Shown here: one piece after another, positions 46,889 through 58,873 of the stretch
Position numbering within the stretch: the stretch's first letter is position 1
How the letters are laid out: every line of letters begins with the position of its first letter
Origin: Amoebophrya sp. A120
Taxonomy: Eukaryota; Protista; Dinoflagellata
Length of the DNA: 64,000 nt
NCBI GenBank assembly: GCA_905178155.1
Contig: CAJINV010000008.1
Coordinates: forward strand, 2,294,001 to 2,358,000
Direction: 5' to 3'
Position numbers and translations under genes: made by a program
Notes under the pieces: model-generated
Told to the model about the DNA's origin: nothing
Databases searched by the model: none
The model's input: the letters and a program-made list of their open reading frames with translations, nothing else

Positions 46889-49800
46889 ATGGCGAAGTTC
46901 GAGTCCTCAAAGAATGCGCAGAAGAATATCACCCATGGTCTGGCCCAGCAGCTGCACGCGCCAGCAAAAGGGCTCCCCACGACCCGGCCTTCCGACGCGC
47001 GGCAGGACACGAAGGGAAATTTGCTTTTGCACATGGACAACGAAGAGAGTTATTTCCCGAAACAGGTAAACGACGCATCTTCCGGTACCTGCTCGCCTGA
47101 AAATGCCGCAACTACTGCGAATCACTTTGCCGCGCACGACCGATGCACGACGAGCAATGTGCTTGCCACCGCGGCGCGAACAAATGATGTTGAGAAAAAT
47201 GTTCCAGCTGAAAGCGATCACAACTCCGAGAGTGACCACGACCACCAGCCGCTGCTTGACTGCAAGCCCGACCTGATCCCAGGCGAAGAGATGGTGCGGC
47301 AGATGAAGCGAGGCGTCGAAACAAAGACACTGTCCAAGGTGCTGAAACGACTCAAGAGCTCGATCGTAATCTCCAGCACGGACCAAGATCGGTGTGCGGA
47401 TTTTTTGCGCGAGGAAGGTCATCTGCAGCTCGACCAGATGGGACAAAACGAACTACAGGAGATGAACTTTAGTAAGCAGATCAACTTCAACGGCTCGGGT
47501 GAGAAAGACGAGGGTGAAAATGTTGCCTACACCGCTCGCGGGAATGCAACAGCACCCGCAACAGCCGGGGATGAGGTGAGCCGCGACAACTCCAGTTGCA
47601 CTCAGTGGTCGCATGATCAACCACCGGAAGAACGAGGAGCTTGTGTGGGGACGATGGATCATAAGACTGCTCTGCAAAAATCTTTTCCAAAGTTGCAGAC
47701 GACCCAGACCGCCCACTTCGGTACGAGCTCGAGCCGCTTTCTCGGCGGCGAAAATCCAAGTGGTCCAAGTTCTCCTGCGGATGCTGGTGAAAATAATTCC
47801 CAGCACGGCCAAAACCTTGTTGCAGCGCTTCCGAATGCAACTACGACAGTTCCGACAAACCCAACCATCTCTACGCCGCTCGTCCGGGACATTAGCTCGG
47901 AGGCGGACGCGGTGACCCCGCCCAACGGGAGCAATTCCAACGATGCCAAGTTTGCCACAACTTCCAGCAGTGATGACACGAACAGCGAGTATCGGCTGGA
48001 CCGTCACACCAGTCGCAACACGTTCTGGAACGCGCGGACCACGGCAGGAGCTGGCGGTGCCCCGGGCGGGTACAACAACCTTAGCCCCCCACGAAACAGC
48101 ATCAGTCCCTCAATCACCGGCGCGACGGCGGGCACCAGCAGATTCCCGAAAGACTTGACGGGCACGACGAACAACTCCGTGAAAATTTTGAAACTAGAAG
48201 TCGAATCCGACGCGGTCCCGCTCTCCGCAGTCGGTTCCTCCTCGTCAGCGAAACACGACGACAAGATGAACGGCGGAGAATGTTGGGGTACTAACGGAAT
48301 AAATAACACGGCGGGCTGGAGGTCGACGGACGGGCGCAGCGCGAGCATGGCGTCCTCTACGGTTTCGAACGACCTGCTAAAGACCAAGAAGAACATCAGT
48401 AGCCTGGCGTCCTCAAGTGCGACCAGCGTTGCGTCCGGAGCAGGCTGCTCGAGTACAGGAGCGGCGAATGATGTTAACGATGTGCGAACAAACTACATTA
48501 ACGGCAAGGACGAGAAAAAGATGTCGAACATGAATAAACACGACGCTTCTTGGATGTTGTCCGGTGTTGAGGACATGACGAACAACAAGGGTTCATCGGA
48601 CAACGCCAGTTCAGAAGAAAGTCACTTCGCCTTGAGCCGCCAGCGAACGACCAGCAAAGACCGCGCGGATAGTACCAATTTCCACGACGGTGACGATGTG
48701 GACCACTTTCCGGCGCTGGCTTTCACGGTGACAAAGGGCATCAGCGGGGTTTTATGGAGTTCTCAAATGTTACATTCTCAACTTTGGCATGGATTTGTAA
48801 TGCAAGAGTGGCAAAATTGAAAGGGGGAAGATTGCGCCTTTTGCATTACAGGTTTGGCGTAGATTCTCATGCTATCTAGCAAGTCGCGAACTTGTCATGC
48901 GAAGCAGCTTGATCGTGTAGGTATTTATGGCTAATTTGCATGCCAAATCCATGTAACAGTTGAGAATGTAACGTTTGAGAACGCCATAGGTGTCGAAAGT
49001 GGGTTCGAACCAGAGCCAGTCGAACAAGAGCATATTACAGTGAAAAATGCCCCCACCCCCAATGTTGCAATAATTTGTGATGCGAAGTTTCCAAATGAAA
49101 GGCCTCTGTCATGCATGAAAGGAATATGAATCTTTGTGATGCAGATTCTAGGCGTATATAGCATTGCTTGCATGACAAGCGCCGCTCTTGCTGGGATCTT
49201 TTGCAATGCAAATTTTTGCTATTCACGATCGGAAATCTGTGACGCTGATAGACGCAAGAGAGCGAGTGTTTCACTTGGAAAGGTTTGCAATACAAATGCT
49301 CCCAAGTTCGGGGGTGGGGGCATTTTTCACTTTGATAGAGCATCACCTCTGTTTTGAGCCCGGCCAAGTGCTCCGAATGGACCGAGGAATCGAAGGGAAT
49401 CGGAGGAGGTACGTAGTTACTACGAAAAAGGAGATACTTCTTTTGTAGTACATAGCTTTATCTTTATTGCTACACGAAAAGGCGGTGCTGGTACGCTTTA
49501 TGCGTCTCTAGAAACCGCAACGGGAAAATCGATTTCGACAATCTCCGGGGCTTTACTTGGAAAAATAGCTTTATACGCAATCCTCGTTGTGTACGACGTG
49601 GTGCGCCGATCTCTACAGGGAACGTGTGATAGTGAGAGCTACTACTACACATTAACGGCAACCAGGTCTACCCATCCCAGCCGGGCCGTTCGACAACAGT
49701 CCTGCGCGCGGGAAAATGGCTGCAGCCGCACAGCAGCAGGAACCGCCACAACAAGCGGAAGCCGTGCAGATGGAGATCCAGCAGAAACACGAAACCCTCT

Positions 49801-49988
49801 CTCTTTGCCTGAACGCGTGCTACCAGGACGCGATTCGCAACGTCAGCAACCCCAGCACCCCCGTCGAACTGGGCATCTCGACGCCGTTGCAGTCGATGGT
49901 GCCGTTGCAGCAGGTGTCGCTGGCGACGACCTCGAAGGACGTGCTGAGCTCCTGCTACGCGAATGTCTTGCAGACCATGACAAAGTGA
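46889..49988 (+). CDS. Hypothetical protein
   Basis: Exons 46889-48752, 48994-49032, 49343-49408, 49666-49988 are in frame across 2 introners and GT-AG intron 49409-49665. Confidence 0.7.
48753..48988. mobile_element. Introner, family D (reverse orientation relative to 19518)
   Basis: Family D TIR; TSD GGTTT/GGTGT. Confidence 0.93.
49033..49337. mobile_element. Introner, family E
   Basis: Family E TIR; TSD GAGCA; body similar to 19093-19405. Confidence 0.95.
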
Positions 49989-51382
49989 AGACGATGGGCG
50001 AGTCGTGGAATAGGCGTTGCCGAGTTTTAAAGTTGATTTTTCAATTTTCCAGTAGAAGGAGAAACAAACACGAGTCAGATGGGTACGTCGATTTTGAGGA
50101 GGTAAGTAATTCTTACGCTAGCTGTACATCGATCAACATCAAGCCGCAGCGCTCATATGTAGCATCGACGGAGTGATCGTCATCGAACGCCGCATTTTTA
50201 AACAGGCAAGCAAGACGAGAAGACTCTGCCCCTTCCGGTCTTATCATGTCATCTTTTCCTAGAAATATAAACAACATGACCGAGGACCGCATGATGCTTT
50301 AGACAAGAGCCGTTTTTTCATCTTCTTGGGCCCGTCTCGTAACGGCAACAGAAACGGCGTTCTGACACCTGACCGCGAACGCCGCTTGAGGCGTCTCGCT
50401 CGAGGGTGGAAGCTTTTGCTGCAGTCTTCATGTGTATGCAAATTACGTTTTTTTTCAACAATGCCTTTCATCTTCTTTTGCCGCTTTCGATTGTTTCCCT
50501 TTCGATTCGTCTCCTGGCAAGGTGAATAGTTGTAGTGCTGCAGTTAAGTAGTTCTCATTCGTTTGAATGATGCTTGTTCTCATATAACTTGTGTTGGCTT
50601 TGGCATGAGCACGAGCACATATGTGTTGTGTAAGATGATAAAAATGCATACAGTTTATGTCTGAAATACGAAGCATATTTATGAATGTTTCTTCTCGCAT
50701 ACGTTTCTGTTCACCTTCAGGCTGTTTAGCTAATTTTTCCATAAATAATGAAGATGACGGCATGGGCATGGCGACGACAAGTCAAACTCCACCAGTGTAT
50801 AATTTTTCGAAAATGGCAAAGATTCGGACAACACTTTACAGACCGCAAAATTTAGTGTGTGTAGATCCGTGCATAGCTAGATTCAAAAGATCGTCTGAAC
50901 TGTATATTGGAGACAAGAAGGTATTTAATTGGTTCTCGCGCACTGTTTCTGTTGGTCGCCGCTACGGCCAATGTCTGTGTTTTGTTTGAGTCATGATCTC
51001 ATCGGAACTCAAATTGTGTTCAGGAAGGGCACTTTAGTTCCGTTATTCTTGCCATGGAAATGGAATGGAAAGAGGGAAGTATTGTCGATGTTCGCGAGGT
51101 GCGAGGCTGCAAAAAGACGACAAGCAAAACCGTGAGTCGTGTGTAGTGAGCGGATGAGCTTCCAATATTACTTGCAATTCTTGCCGTGCTTCATCATGAA
51201 AATATCCATCGAGCCGCAAGTGTCGGATCAGCTTCCCAACAAGACCACAAGGACAAGGCATGGTACGGAATAACAGCAGCTCCATCGTGTTTCGTGTTTT
51301 TGCTCTAAAAGGAATTGAAAAAGTAACGACAGAAGAGCCTAAAGGAATCTCATTTAGAGCAACGCACTACATAAAATGGCAG

Positions 51383-51870
51383 ACACTTGACACACATAAA
51401 GAGGAGGCTGTTGGTCTCCGGTCCTCGGTCCTCACTCCATCACGAGGCAATATATGAGGAGATAAGAAGGGAGAAGCACCAGACACATAAGAAGGAGGTT
51501 GTTGGTCTCCGGTCCTCGGTCCTCATTCCATCACGAGGTAATATATGAGGAGATAAGAAGGGAGAAACATCAGTCACATAAGAAGGAGGCTGGTGGTCTC
51601 CGGTCCTCGGTCCTCACTCCATCGCGAGGTAATATATGACGCGATAAGAAGGTAGAAGCGCCAGACACATAAGAAGGAGGGCGTTGGTCTCCGGTCCTCG
51701 GTCCCCACTTCGTCGCGAGGTAATATATGACGAGATAAGAAGGCAAAAGCGCCAGACACATAAGAAGGAGGCCGATGGTCTCCGGTCCTCGGGCCTCAGT
51801 TCATCTGGGGGCAATTAATACGCGACGGGCCAAGAAGGTAGAAACAACAGACACATACGAGGGAGGTTTG
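51383..51870 (+). repeat. Subterminal tandem array with 91-bp period (left arm)
   Basis: TGGTCTCCGGTCCTCGG recurs at ~51411, 51502, 51594, 51685, 51776. Confidence 0.92.
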
Positions 51871-54800
51871 TGGCCTCCGGTCCCGGTAGCCGGCCCGCCG
51901 GTGTTGCTAGTACCTCCCTCGCAAAGTGCTGGCCCGCTGCAGCGATTCACAGCACATCTACAGACTCCGCGAGCCGCTGTGCTGCCGTCCCAGACGCGGG
52001 CCGACTGGCGTTCCCACTTTTGCGCCGGCGCATGTGGCTCCGAAGCCGATGCCGCTGTGTCTGAGAAGTCGACTTCCATCCGCTCTGCTATTATAGTACA
52101 GCTACAGCGCCCGGATACAGCTCGTTTTGCGCGCCCAGAGATCTTTCTCGACCGACGGCGCGATCATGCCGAGCTCGCGCCGCTTCTCCTCTGATGGCGT
52201 TGGTTCCCCCTCCGCTGCCACCTTCAGGGCCCTCGCGAGGGGTAGTCAACTGCCCACCGCCGGGCCGGATGGGAAAACGAAAAAAAAACGCGCCGGCCTC
52301 TTTCGGCACCCCCCCCCGGGGGACCTCGTGCGCAACGACATCCATGCCGCCGCTGACGAAAGCCGGTCCGTGTAGCTGAAAACTGCTTGCTTCGCCCCCC
52401 TTTCGGCTGCGCTGCTAGCGTTGCTAATGTGGTCCCTGGTTGTGCACCGTCTGGCCAGCGGCGGGCGGCCCGTTGGTACGGCACCACCTTCCGCCGATGT
52501 TGGTTGGCCTTGGTTGGTGGGGCCATCCAACAGCATGCAGGCAAATACCCTTCGGGCCCGGCAGGCTTGTCAGCGCGCGAGCCCATTTGGCCGGACTGTG
52601 TTGCGTTCTTAGTGTAAGAAAGAGCTGAAATCTTACAAAATGGCCCAAAGTTTGCGCGCTGGAACGAAGCGAAGGGGGTGGCGTTCTCTTACGAAAAAAG
52701 GCTGCATTTTGCCAGTCAGTAGCCCGCGCGCATATAGATACGCCATCACTCACGTGGAGCAAGTAGCCGCACATCCTTGATGACATCGATCCAGTAGCGA
52801 CACAGACGCGCAGCAACTGCAGCGCCAGGGTCTCCTCCTGTGAAATCACAGCACCGCGCGACCCGCAGCGAGTGCGTGGGTTGGCCGTTGGCGAGCATTT
52901 CTGCGGCCCCGCAAAAAGCAAAAGGTGGCGAAGCAAGGCGATGCTGATACTCGTGTCGTTGCACGCGAGGGAACTTACCTGCCTGCCGCCTGCCTCCGTA
53001 GCTTGCAGGAAATCTCCGGAGCGTTGTAGGCCGCCGCTTGCTGGAAAAAAACCTGCCGCATTTTGATGATGATGGCGCTGCGCTCGGGCTACGGCACACG
53101 GGCGCACGCTTTTGGACAGGTTTTCCCCGCGCGGCACTAGGTATTTATAGGCGCGCCGACTTTCGGAAACTCCTTCCACATTCAAATGCGCGCGCAGTTT
53201 CTTCGTGTAAAAGTACACCAAGGACCGAACTCAAAAGACATCGCCGGCCTTCTCAGCCGGTCGGTGACCGATATACGCGAGCGCCGTTGGCCGACATCTG
53301 CGCGGCGCGCCCGAGTTTCTTTGTGACATGAGTGGCAAGAGAGATCTTCTCTTGCTCGACATATGTACACCAGCACCATCATCACACACCGGCGACGATG
53401 GTGGCACAAGAAGGCGTCCAAATGGAACTGCCCACCTCGGTCGGCTCCGTCGCGTCAAACTCAAAACGGCGAGAAATCGCCGCACACCGCCACGCTCTTT
53501 GATCCGGGGCTGTGCTTCGCACGTAGTCGCTTCACTTCGCCCACTCTTTCGCTCAGAGTCGCCTCGCCTCACTTCTACGCTTTAGCCAGTGTCGGTTTGG
53601 GAAAGCTTGCCCGGCAAGTGAAGCCGACTAGTGACGCTGTCTCGCGCGCGTCCTCTGCTTCGTTCCGTCGCGTCAAAACAGCGAGGGACCAACTTGGCCG
53701 AGAGTTCGACTGCGAGCGCTGCGGAAAGACATCAGGCAGGCGAGTAGGGCAGTGCCCGACTCGCTTGCTACCCACTTAGACTCGCTGTCTCCCACTCCTT
53801 CGCACATAGTCGCGGCCTTTGTTCCTGGGCTGTTCTTCGCACATAGTCAGTCCGTTTCGCTCTCTCACTCGATCGCACGTAGTCACTTCGCTCCACTTCT
53901 ACGCTTTTCTTTGCCAGTGTCGGCGGAGTAGAAATGAAAAGGGGCCACCTCGGAAGCAGTCTACTAGTCAACAACTTGGGAGGAGATATACTTTCGCCCT
54001 GACATCCGCGTCCACAATTCCGCCGCCTCCGATCGTGCGCGTTCTGATGATGATGCGCCGAGCTGTGAGGTCTGGGCTGTAAGTGAGTCTATCAGCTTCC
54101 CTGTCCTGCTTTGGTTTTGGGAAATGAAAAAAAACCGGCCTGCGTGGTGGATGAAAGTCGTAGAATAAGAAAACGGATCTGGATGCATTTGAAGGCGGTG
54201 CTGATCTTCTGCGCCGAATTGGTCTGAAGTGGGTGCGTTGATCTTCTCACTATCTCAATCTGTGTCATATTGGAGCAAGTAGCGGACTTTCTGTAAAGGA
54301 TGGGAGCGCTCCGCTCTGCACATTGCAGAAAGCCGAGAAGTAAACTGCAATCCGCCAACGTGATCCCTCGTATTATCTTGCTCGACGGCATTGCTCAAAC
54401 CGCGACAGCTCGGCCCTTTCGCTTCGTAAGAGCCGTAGTAAAGCTCGCAGGGTGCTGCTGCTGCTGAAGCAGGAGCCTGATACTTGACAAGCCCAGAAGA
54501 ATACTGCCACGGAAGACAAATGGCCGATCGCCTGGCTTGGATAGCTTTCTCGCTTTTTTTCTCTCGTGCCTGGGCATGGCGTCAAATGTTCAAGGCCCAT
54601 TGCTTTCATCTCCATCCATTTGGATAACTCTAGAGACCGGACCTCGCCCGTTATGCCGTGTGGCCTGCTTCTGATTCTTAACTTGATTTAATTATCGGGA
54701 TCGTCAAAGCTGTGACGACGGTGCCACTTTTAAACTTCCCGATCTGCTCGCTTGGGAAGGACCTCAGAACCAACGCGATTGCGGTTGATTTCCTCCGCGG

Positions 54801-55244
54801 TGCTCTTCTGGCTGCTACTACCGTAGCGCTGCAGATCCTCAAAAATGACCTTCGAGAGCGCTCTTGATTGACTGCTGCCACTGTTGCGGCACTCCTGCTG
54901 TTTTGAAGAGGAGCGAGGTGCCATATTGGGGTGGTGTTGATGATCTGCCTGCGATTTCGTAGGAGGAGCAACGCTGGGCCGAGTGTGCCGCCGGAGGATC
55001 GCAGGGGCCCTAGCTTTATCGAGTGCGTTCGCCATAGAGAATCGGGCGGCTTTTCGCAGCGACAGCTCAGAGCACCTCCATCGCCTTCAACGGTGCTACA
55101 GCTCTGAAGAAGAAAAAGGGCGCGCGCGCCTGAATTCTTCCAATGGCGGCCGACATGGCCCCAGCGACTTGCTCCTCCAGAACTGTAACTGGCGAGCGAA
55201 AAAATAACAAAAAACACACGAAAAAGCTCCGCACTTTCGCGGGC

Positions 55245-55830
55245 GTCCGGACCGAGGACCGGAGGCCAACAGACTCCCGCTCATGTGTGTCCCCCTTCTC
55301 CTTTCTTCTCTCTTTATATATTGCCTCGCGAGGGACTGGGGGCCGAGGATGGGAGACCAACAAGCCCCCTCCTATGTGTCTGGGCTTTCTGCCTTCTTAT
55401 CTCGTCAGCCATTACCTTGCGAGGGACTGAGGACCGAGGACCGGAGACCAAGAAACCCCCTTTCATGTGTCTCAGCTTTCTACCTTCTTATCTCGTCAGA
55501 TATTACCTTGCGAGGGACTGAGGACCGAGGACCGGAGACCAAGAAACCCCCTATCATGTGTCTCAGCTTTCTACCTTCTTATCTCGTCAGGTATTACCTT
55601 GCGAGGGACTGAGGACCGAGGACCGGAAACCAAGAAACCCCCTTTCATGTGTCTCAGCTTTCTACCTTCTTATCTCGTCATGTATTACCATGCGAGGGAC
55701 TGAGGACCGAGGACCGGAGACCAAGAAACTCCCTTTCATGTGTCTCAGTTTTCGACCTTCTTAGCTCTTCAAGTATTCCCTTGTGAGCGACTGAGGACCG
55801 AGGACCGGAGACCAAGAAGGCCCCTCTCAT
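55245..55830 (-). repeat. Subterminal tandem array with 91-bp period (right arm, inverted)
   Basis: CCGAGGACCGGAGACCA recurs every 91 bp; reverse complement of the left array. Confidence 0.92.
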
Positions 55831-56107
55831 GAGTTGCGAGGAAGGTTCTTCCTTTTGCGGAAGTTGAGCGGTTGAGTGTTGTTTGTTGTTGTTGGCACGA
55901 GCCCAAATAAGCAGCATTCCAAGCGAAACACCTACCATTTTTTCACCTGGAACAAGTGCAACGACTTGGATTCCCATCGTGATCTGGTTAGTAGGTGGAT
56001 CCCTTCGGAACACAGAAAATAGAAGAAAGGGATAGCATGAGAGGCGTCTTGGGTGTGTGTGTGTGTGTTGTGTAAAGTGTGGAGGAAGTTGGCTTCCTTG
56101 CTTGAAT

Positions 56108-56375
56108 TGCGAAACGCGAAAAGCGAAAAAAATACAAAGCCGACCCATAACAGAACTCATATAGTAAGCAAAGAGAAGGGGGAGGCGGCTGCCGAAATGC
56201 GAAACACGGAAAACAAAAAGAGCCCCAAGACAATGAATATAGTAAGCAGAGAAAAAGCGGAAGCGACCCACGAAAAGCGAAGCGCGAAACGCGAAGAAAG
56301 CGACCGGGGAAATAATTAGCAGAAGAGATAAAGAGAAGCGAAAGCCGCCCCCGAAATGCGAAACGCGAAAAGCGA
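56108..56375 (+). repeat. ~80-bp tandem array (left arm of nested element)
   Basis: GCGAAACGCGAAAAG-type units, 4 copies. Confidence 0.85.
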
Positions 56376-58159
56376 GCCCAGCCATTTGGCTTTGTTCCGC
56401 CTTTTTTTCCATCACAACGAACCCCCCTCCTTGCTTTTTGAATGAATGGCATGCACGCAGCCCCTCCGGAATGAATGAATGGCCACAACGAGCCCCCCTC
56501 CTGAATGGTATGCACACAGCCCCGCGCGGTTTTCTTCAATAGCGTGCGACGCGACCGATCTTGGCGAAGCTCCGCATTGCATACGTTGCGCAGCTAGTTT
56601 GCAAAGGAAAGCGAAAGGGGAGGCGTCCGGGTCGTGGAGGCCTGGGCCCCGAGGGCGTTTTTGCTTGCTCGGTCTCAATATTGTCGCGAGGGATGTTGCC
56701 CGCCCGTGCGCCCGCAGCAGATCGGCGCGGCCCCCGCCCGCGAGGGGCTGCGCCGTCATCAGCAGAGCCAGTCTAGCAACATAACGCAAGCTAACAACTA
56801 ACAAGCGCCGGGCCGGCGCGATCTTCGACAGGACAGGATACACCGAAAGGGCGCGCGCACTACAAACATGCCGCGCGCACTACAAACGCGCGCGCATGCG
56901 GGGGGTCTGGGGCGTCCGGGGGCCGGTGTCGCGCCTTTCTCCAGGGTGGCGCCGCGCGCCCATGTGGGAGGAGGGCCCCGCATCCGGCCGGAGCAGATCG
57001 GCGGCTGGATGGCAGCAAGCCCCACTCGGCAAATCCAGGCTGGCCAGTGCGGACCGCCGGCGCGACCGCGAGCGCTTTCAGGGGCCGCATTTTGCTCCGC
57101 GGGCGGATTCTCGCTGAGAGAAGGGCTAGGCCTGTTGCCATGGGCAAGCACTTTGCAACGCCATCGCTTTCGAGCACGATGGCGCTCCGGGATTTGCGTT
57201 GCATGCTTCTACCGATGAGAGGCCTGCGCTTTTTTCTTCGAACCACGAGAGGACTTTCTCGTCAGTAATCCGCTTGCGCTTTTGGATGGATGGGCTTGCT
57301 GCGGTGAACAGGGTCGCCTCCTTCTCGTCATTAATTTTTTGCGCGCAATGAATCGCGTGGCTTTGTTTGCATTTGCTTCCATTGGTGAAGAAAAATGCGC
57401 GCGCTTTCATTCTCGAGCCACGACCGAGCTGCCAGCCTGATTCACTTCGCCGGCGCTATTAGGTGGAATTTGTTGCGATGGCCCTCGTCTTCTCGCGAAA
57501 CCCTCGCAACTTTGTGCTGCCGCCCGCGCCTCGAACACGGTGGGAGGCTTGGCGCCGGCGGCCCTCAGGGGCGCCCATCGCTGCGCTCTGCTACATTGGT
57601 GCGCCCGCCGGGAAGTTTCTCGCGATATTCATCTCGCCACGCACACACACAAACAGAAGCGCCCCCAGGCGAATGCCCAGCGTTTTCGTTTCGGGCCTAC
57701 GCAACAGGGTGCCAACCCCGCCAGAGGCTGCGGCTGGTGCGACCGACCAAGGGCCCGCCGCGCCATTTGGCGCGGCATGGGCCAAGCGCTGCGACGGACT
57801 GGGATCCATGCCTCCGCTTTCCGCGCGCCCCCCGCCGGCCCCGGCCTCTCGCCCGGCCAAAACAAAGACAGACGGGCGGGACGGTGGTCCGCGTCGATCT
57901 GTTGCGCTTGGGCGCACGGGCGAGCCGCGTGCCTAGCGACAATGCCAAGACCAAGAGCCAACCCCTCCGGGCCCCCGGCCTCCTAGAACTGGACGCGCCC
58001 CCATGCGCATTCAAACTATCACTAGCCCCGCAGGATATTCAGTGTGGGGGTCGCGGATGTCGCTAGTGCGGAAGGGGAGGAGGGACAACGCCGGAGGCGG
58101 CGCCGAGCGTCGCCAATGTCTCCACTTAGTAAGAGGCGAAGGGCCTGCCTTCTTTCCTC

Positions 58160-58530
58160 GCCGCTTTTCGCGTTTCGCATTTCGGAGGCGCTGTCGCTTT
58201 CTCTCTTCTTACTCTACTCATTATCAGGGAGCCCACCCCTGTCGCTTTGTTTTTTTTCGTGCTTCGCATTTCGGAGGCGCTTCCGCTGTCTCTCTTCCTA
58301 CCCTACTGAGCAGCCACGGCCCCCCTTTGGCTTTTCGCGTTTCGCATTTCGGAGCCGCTTCCGCTCTCTCTCTTCCTACTCTATTAATTGCCCACGGCTC
58401 CCCTTTGGTTTTTCGCGTTTCGCATTTCGGAGGCGCTTCCGCTGTCTCTCTCTTCTTACTCTCCTAGTTCTCTATTGCCCTCCTTTGGTTTTTCGCTTTT
58501 CGCGTTTCGCATTTCGGAAGCGCTTCCGTT
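58160..58530 (-). repeat. ~80-bp tandem array (right arm of nested element, inverted)
   Basis: TTTTCGCGTTTCGCATTTCGGA-type units, 5 copies. Confidence 0.85.
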
Positions 58531-58873
58531 TTCTCTATAGTTAACTTGACAGATCTGCAATCTCTTTTAGGAAATTAGGCGAATCACAGCGGTGCTCTGC
58601 TTATTTGGGCTCCTCCCTTGTTGTTGCAGTTCTTGCTCAAGTAGAGAAAAAACGCCAATCACGATGGAGCTGCTGTTATTCCGTACCATGCCAAGGACAA
58701 GAAGGTTTGAAAAAAGTAAACGGTTTTGTGCACACGCCAGACTTCAGTTGAAAGTACGCTTTGCATGCTTCGTCCATGCCATCACGCCGATGACCACTTT
58801 TCCCTTCCAGCCTGTTAAGTCTGTCTAAGTATGGAAAGTATATTAATCGCAATATAGAAAAACAATATTCGGC

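Larger units (their letters stand above)
55894..58617. mobile_element. 2.7-kb DNA transposon nested in the 7.4-kb element
   Basis: TIR GGcAcGAGCCCAAATAAGCAG (21 bp, 2 mismatches); 8-bp TSD TTGTTGTT (55886-55893 and 58618-58625); inverted subterminal ~80-bp arrays. Confidence 0.85.
51257..58692. mobile_element. 7.4-kb DNA transposon (Merlin/IS1016-like by ends; no transposase recognised)
   Basis: Perfect 33-bp TIR GGCATGGTACGGAATAACAGCAGCTCCATCGTG; 8-bp TSD AAGGACAA (51249-51256 and 58693-58700); inverted subterminal 91-bp tandem arrays. Confidence 0.9.

Noticed and set aside
52424-53221. 265-aa ORF as the transposase for the introners or the large element
   Set aside because: No DDE, zinc-ribbon or recombinase motif recognised.
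51383-55830. 91-bp periodic repeats as a CRISPR array
   Set aside because: Whole units are similar, with no unique spacers. They form inverted subterminal arrays of a TIR element, there are no cas genes and the context is eukaryotic.
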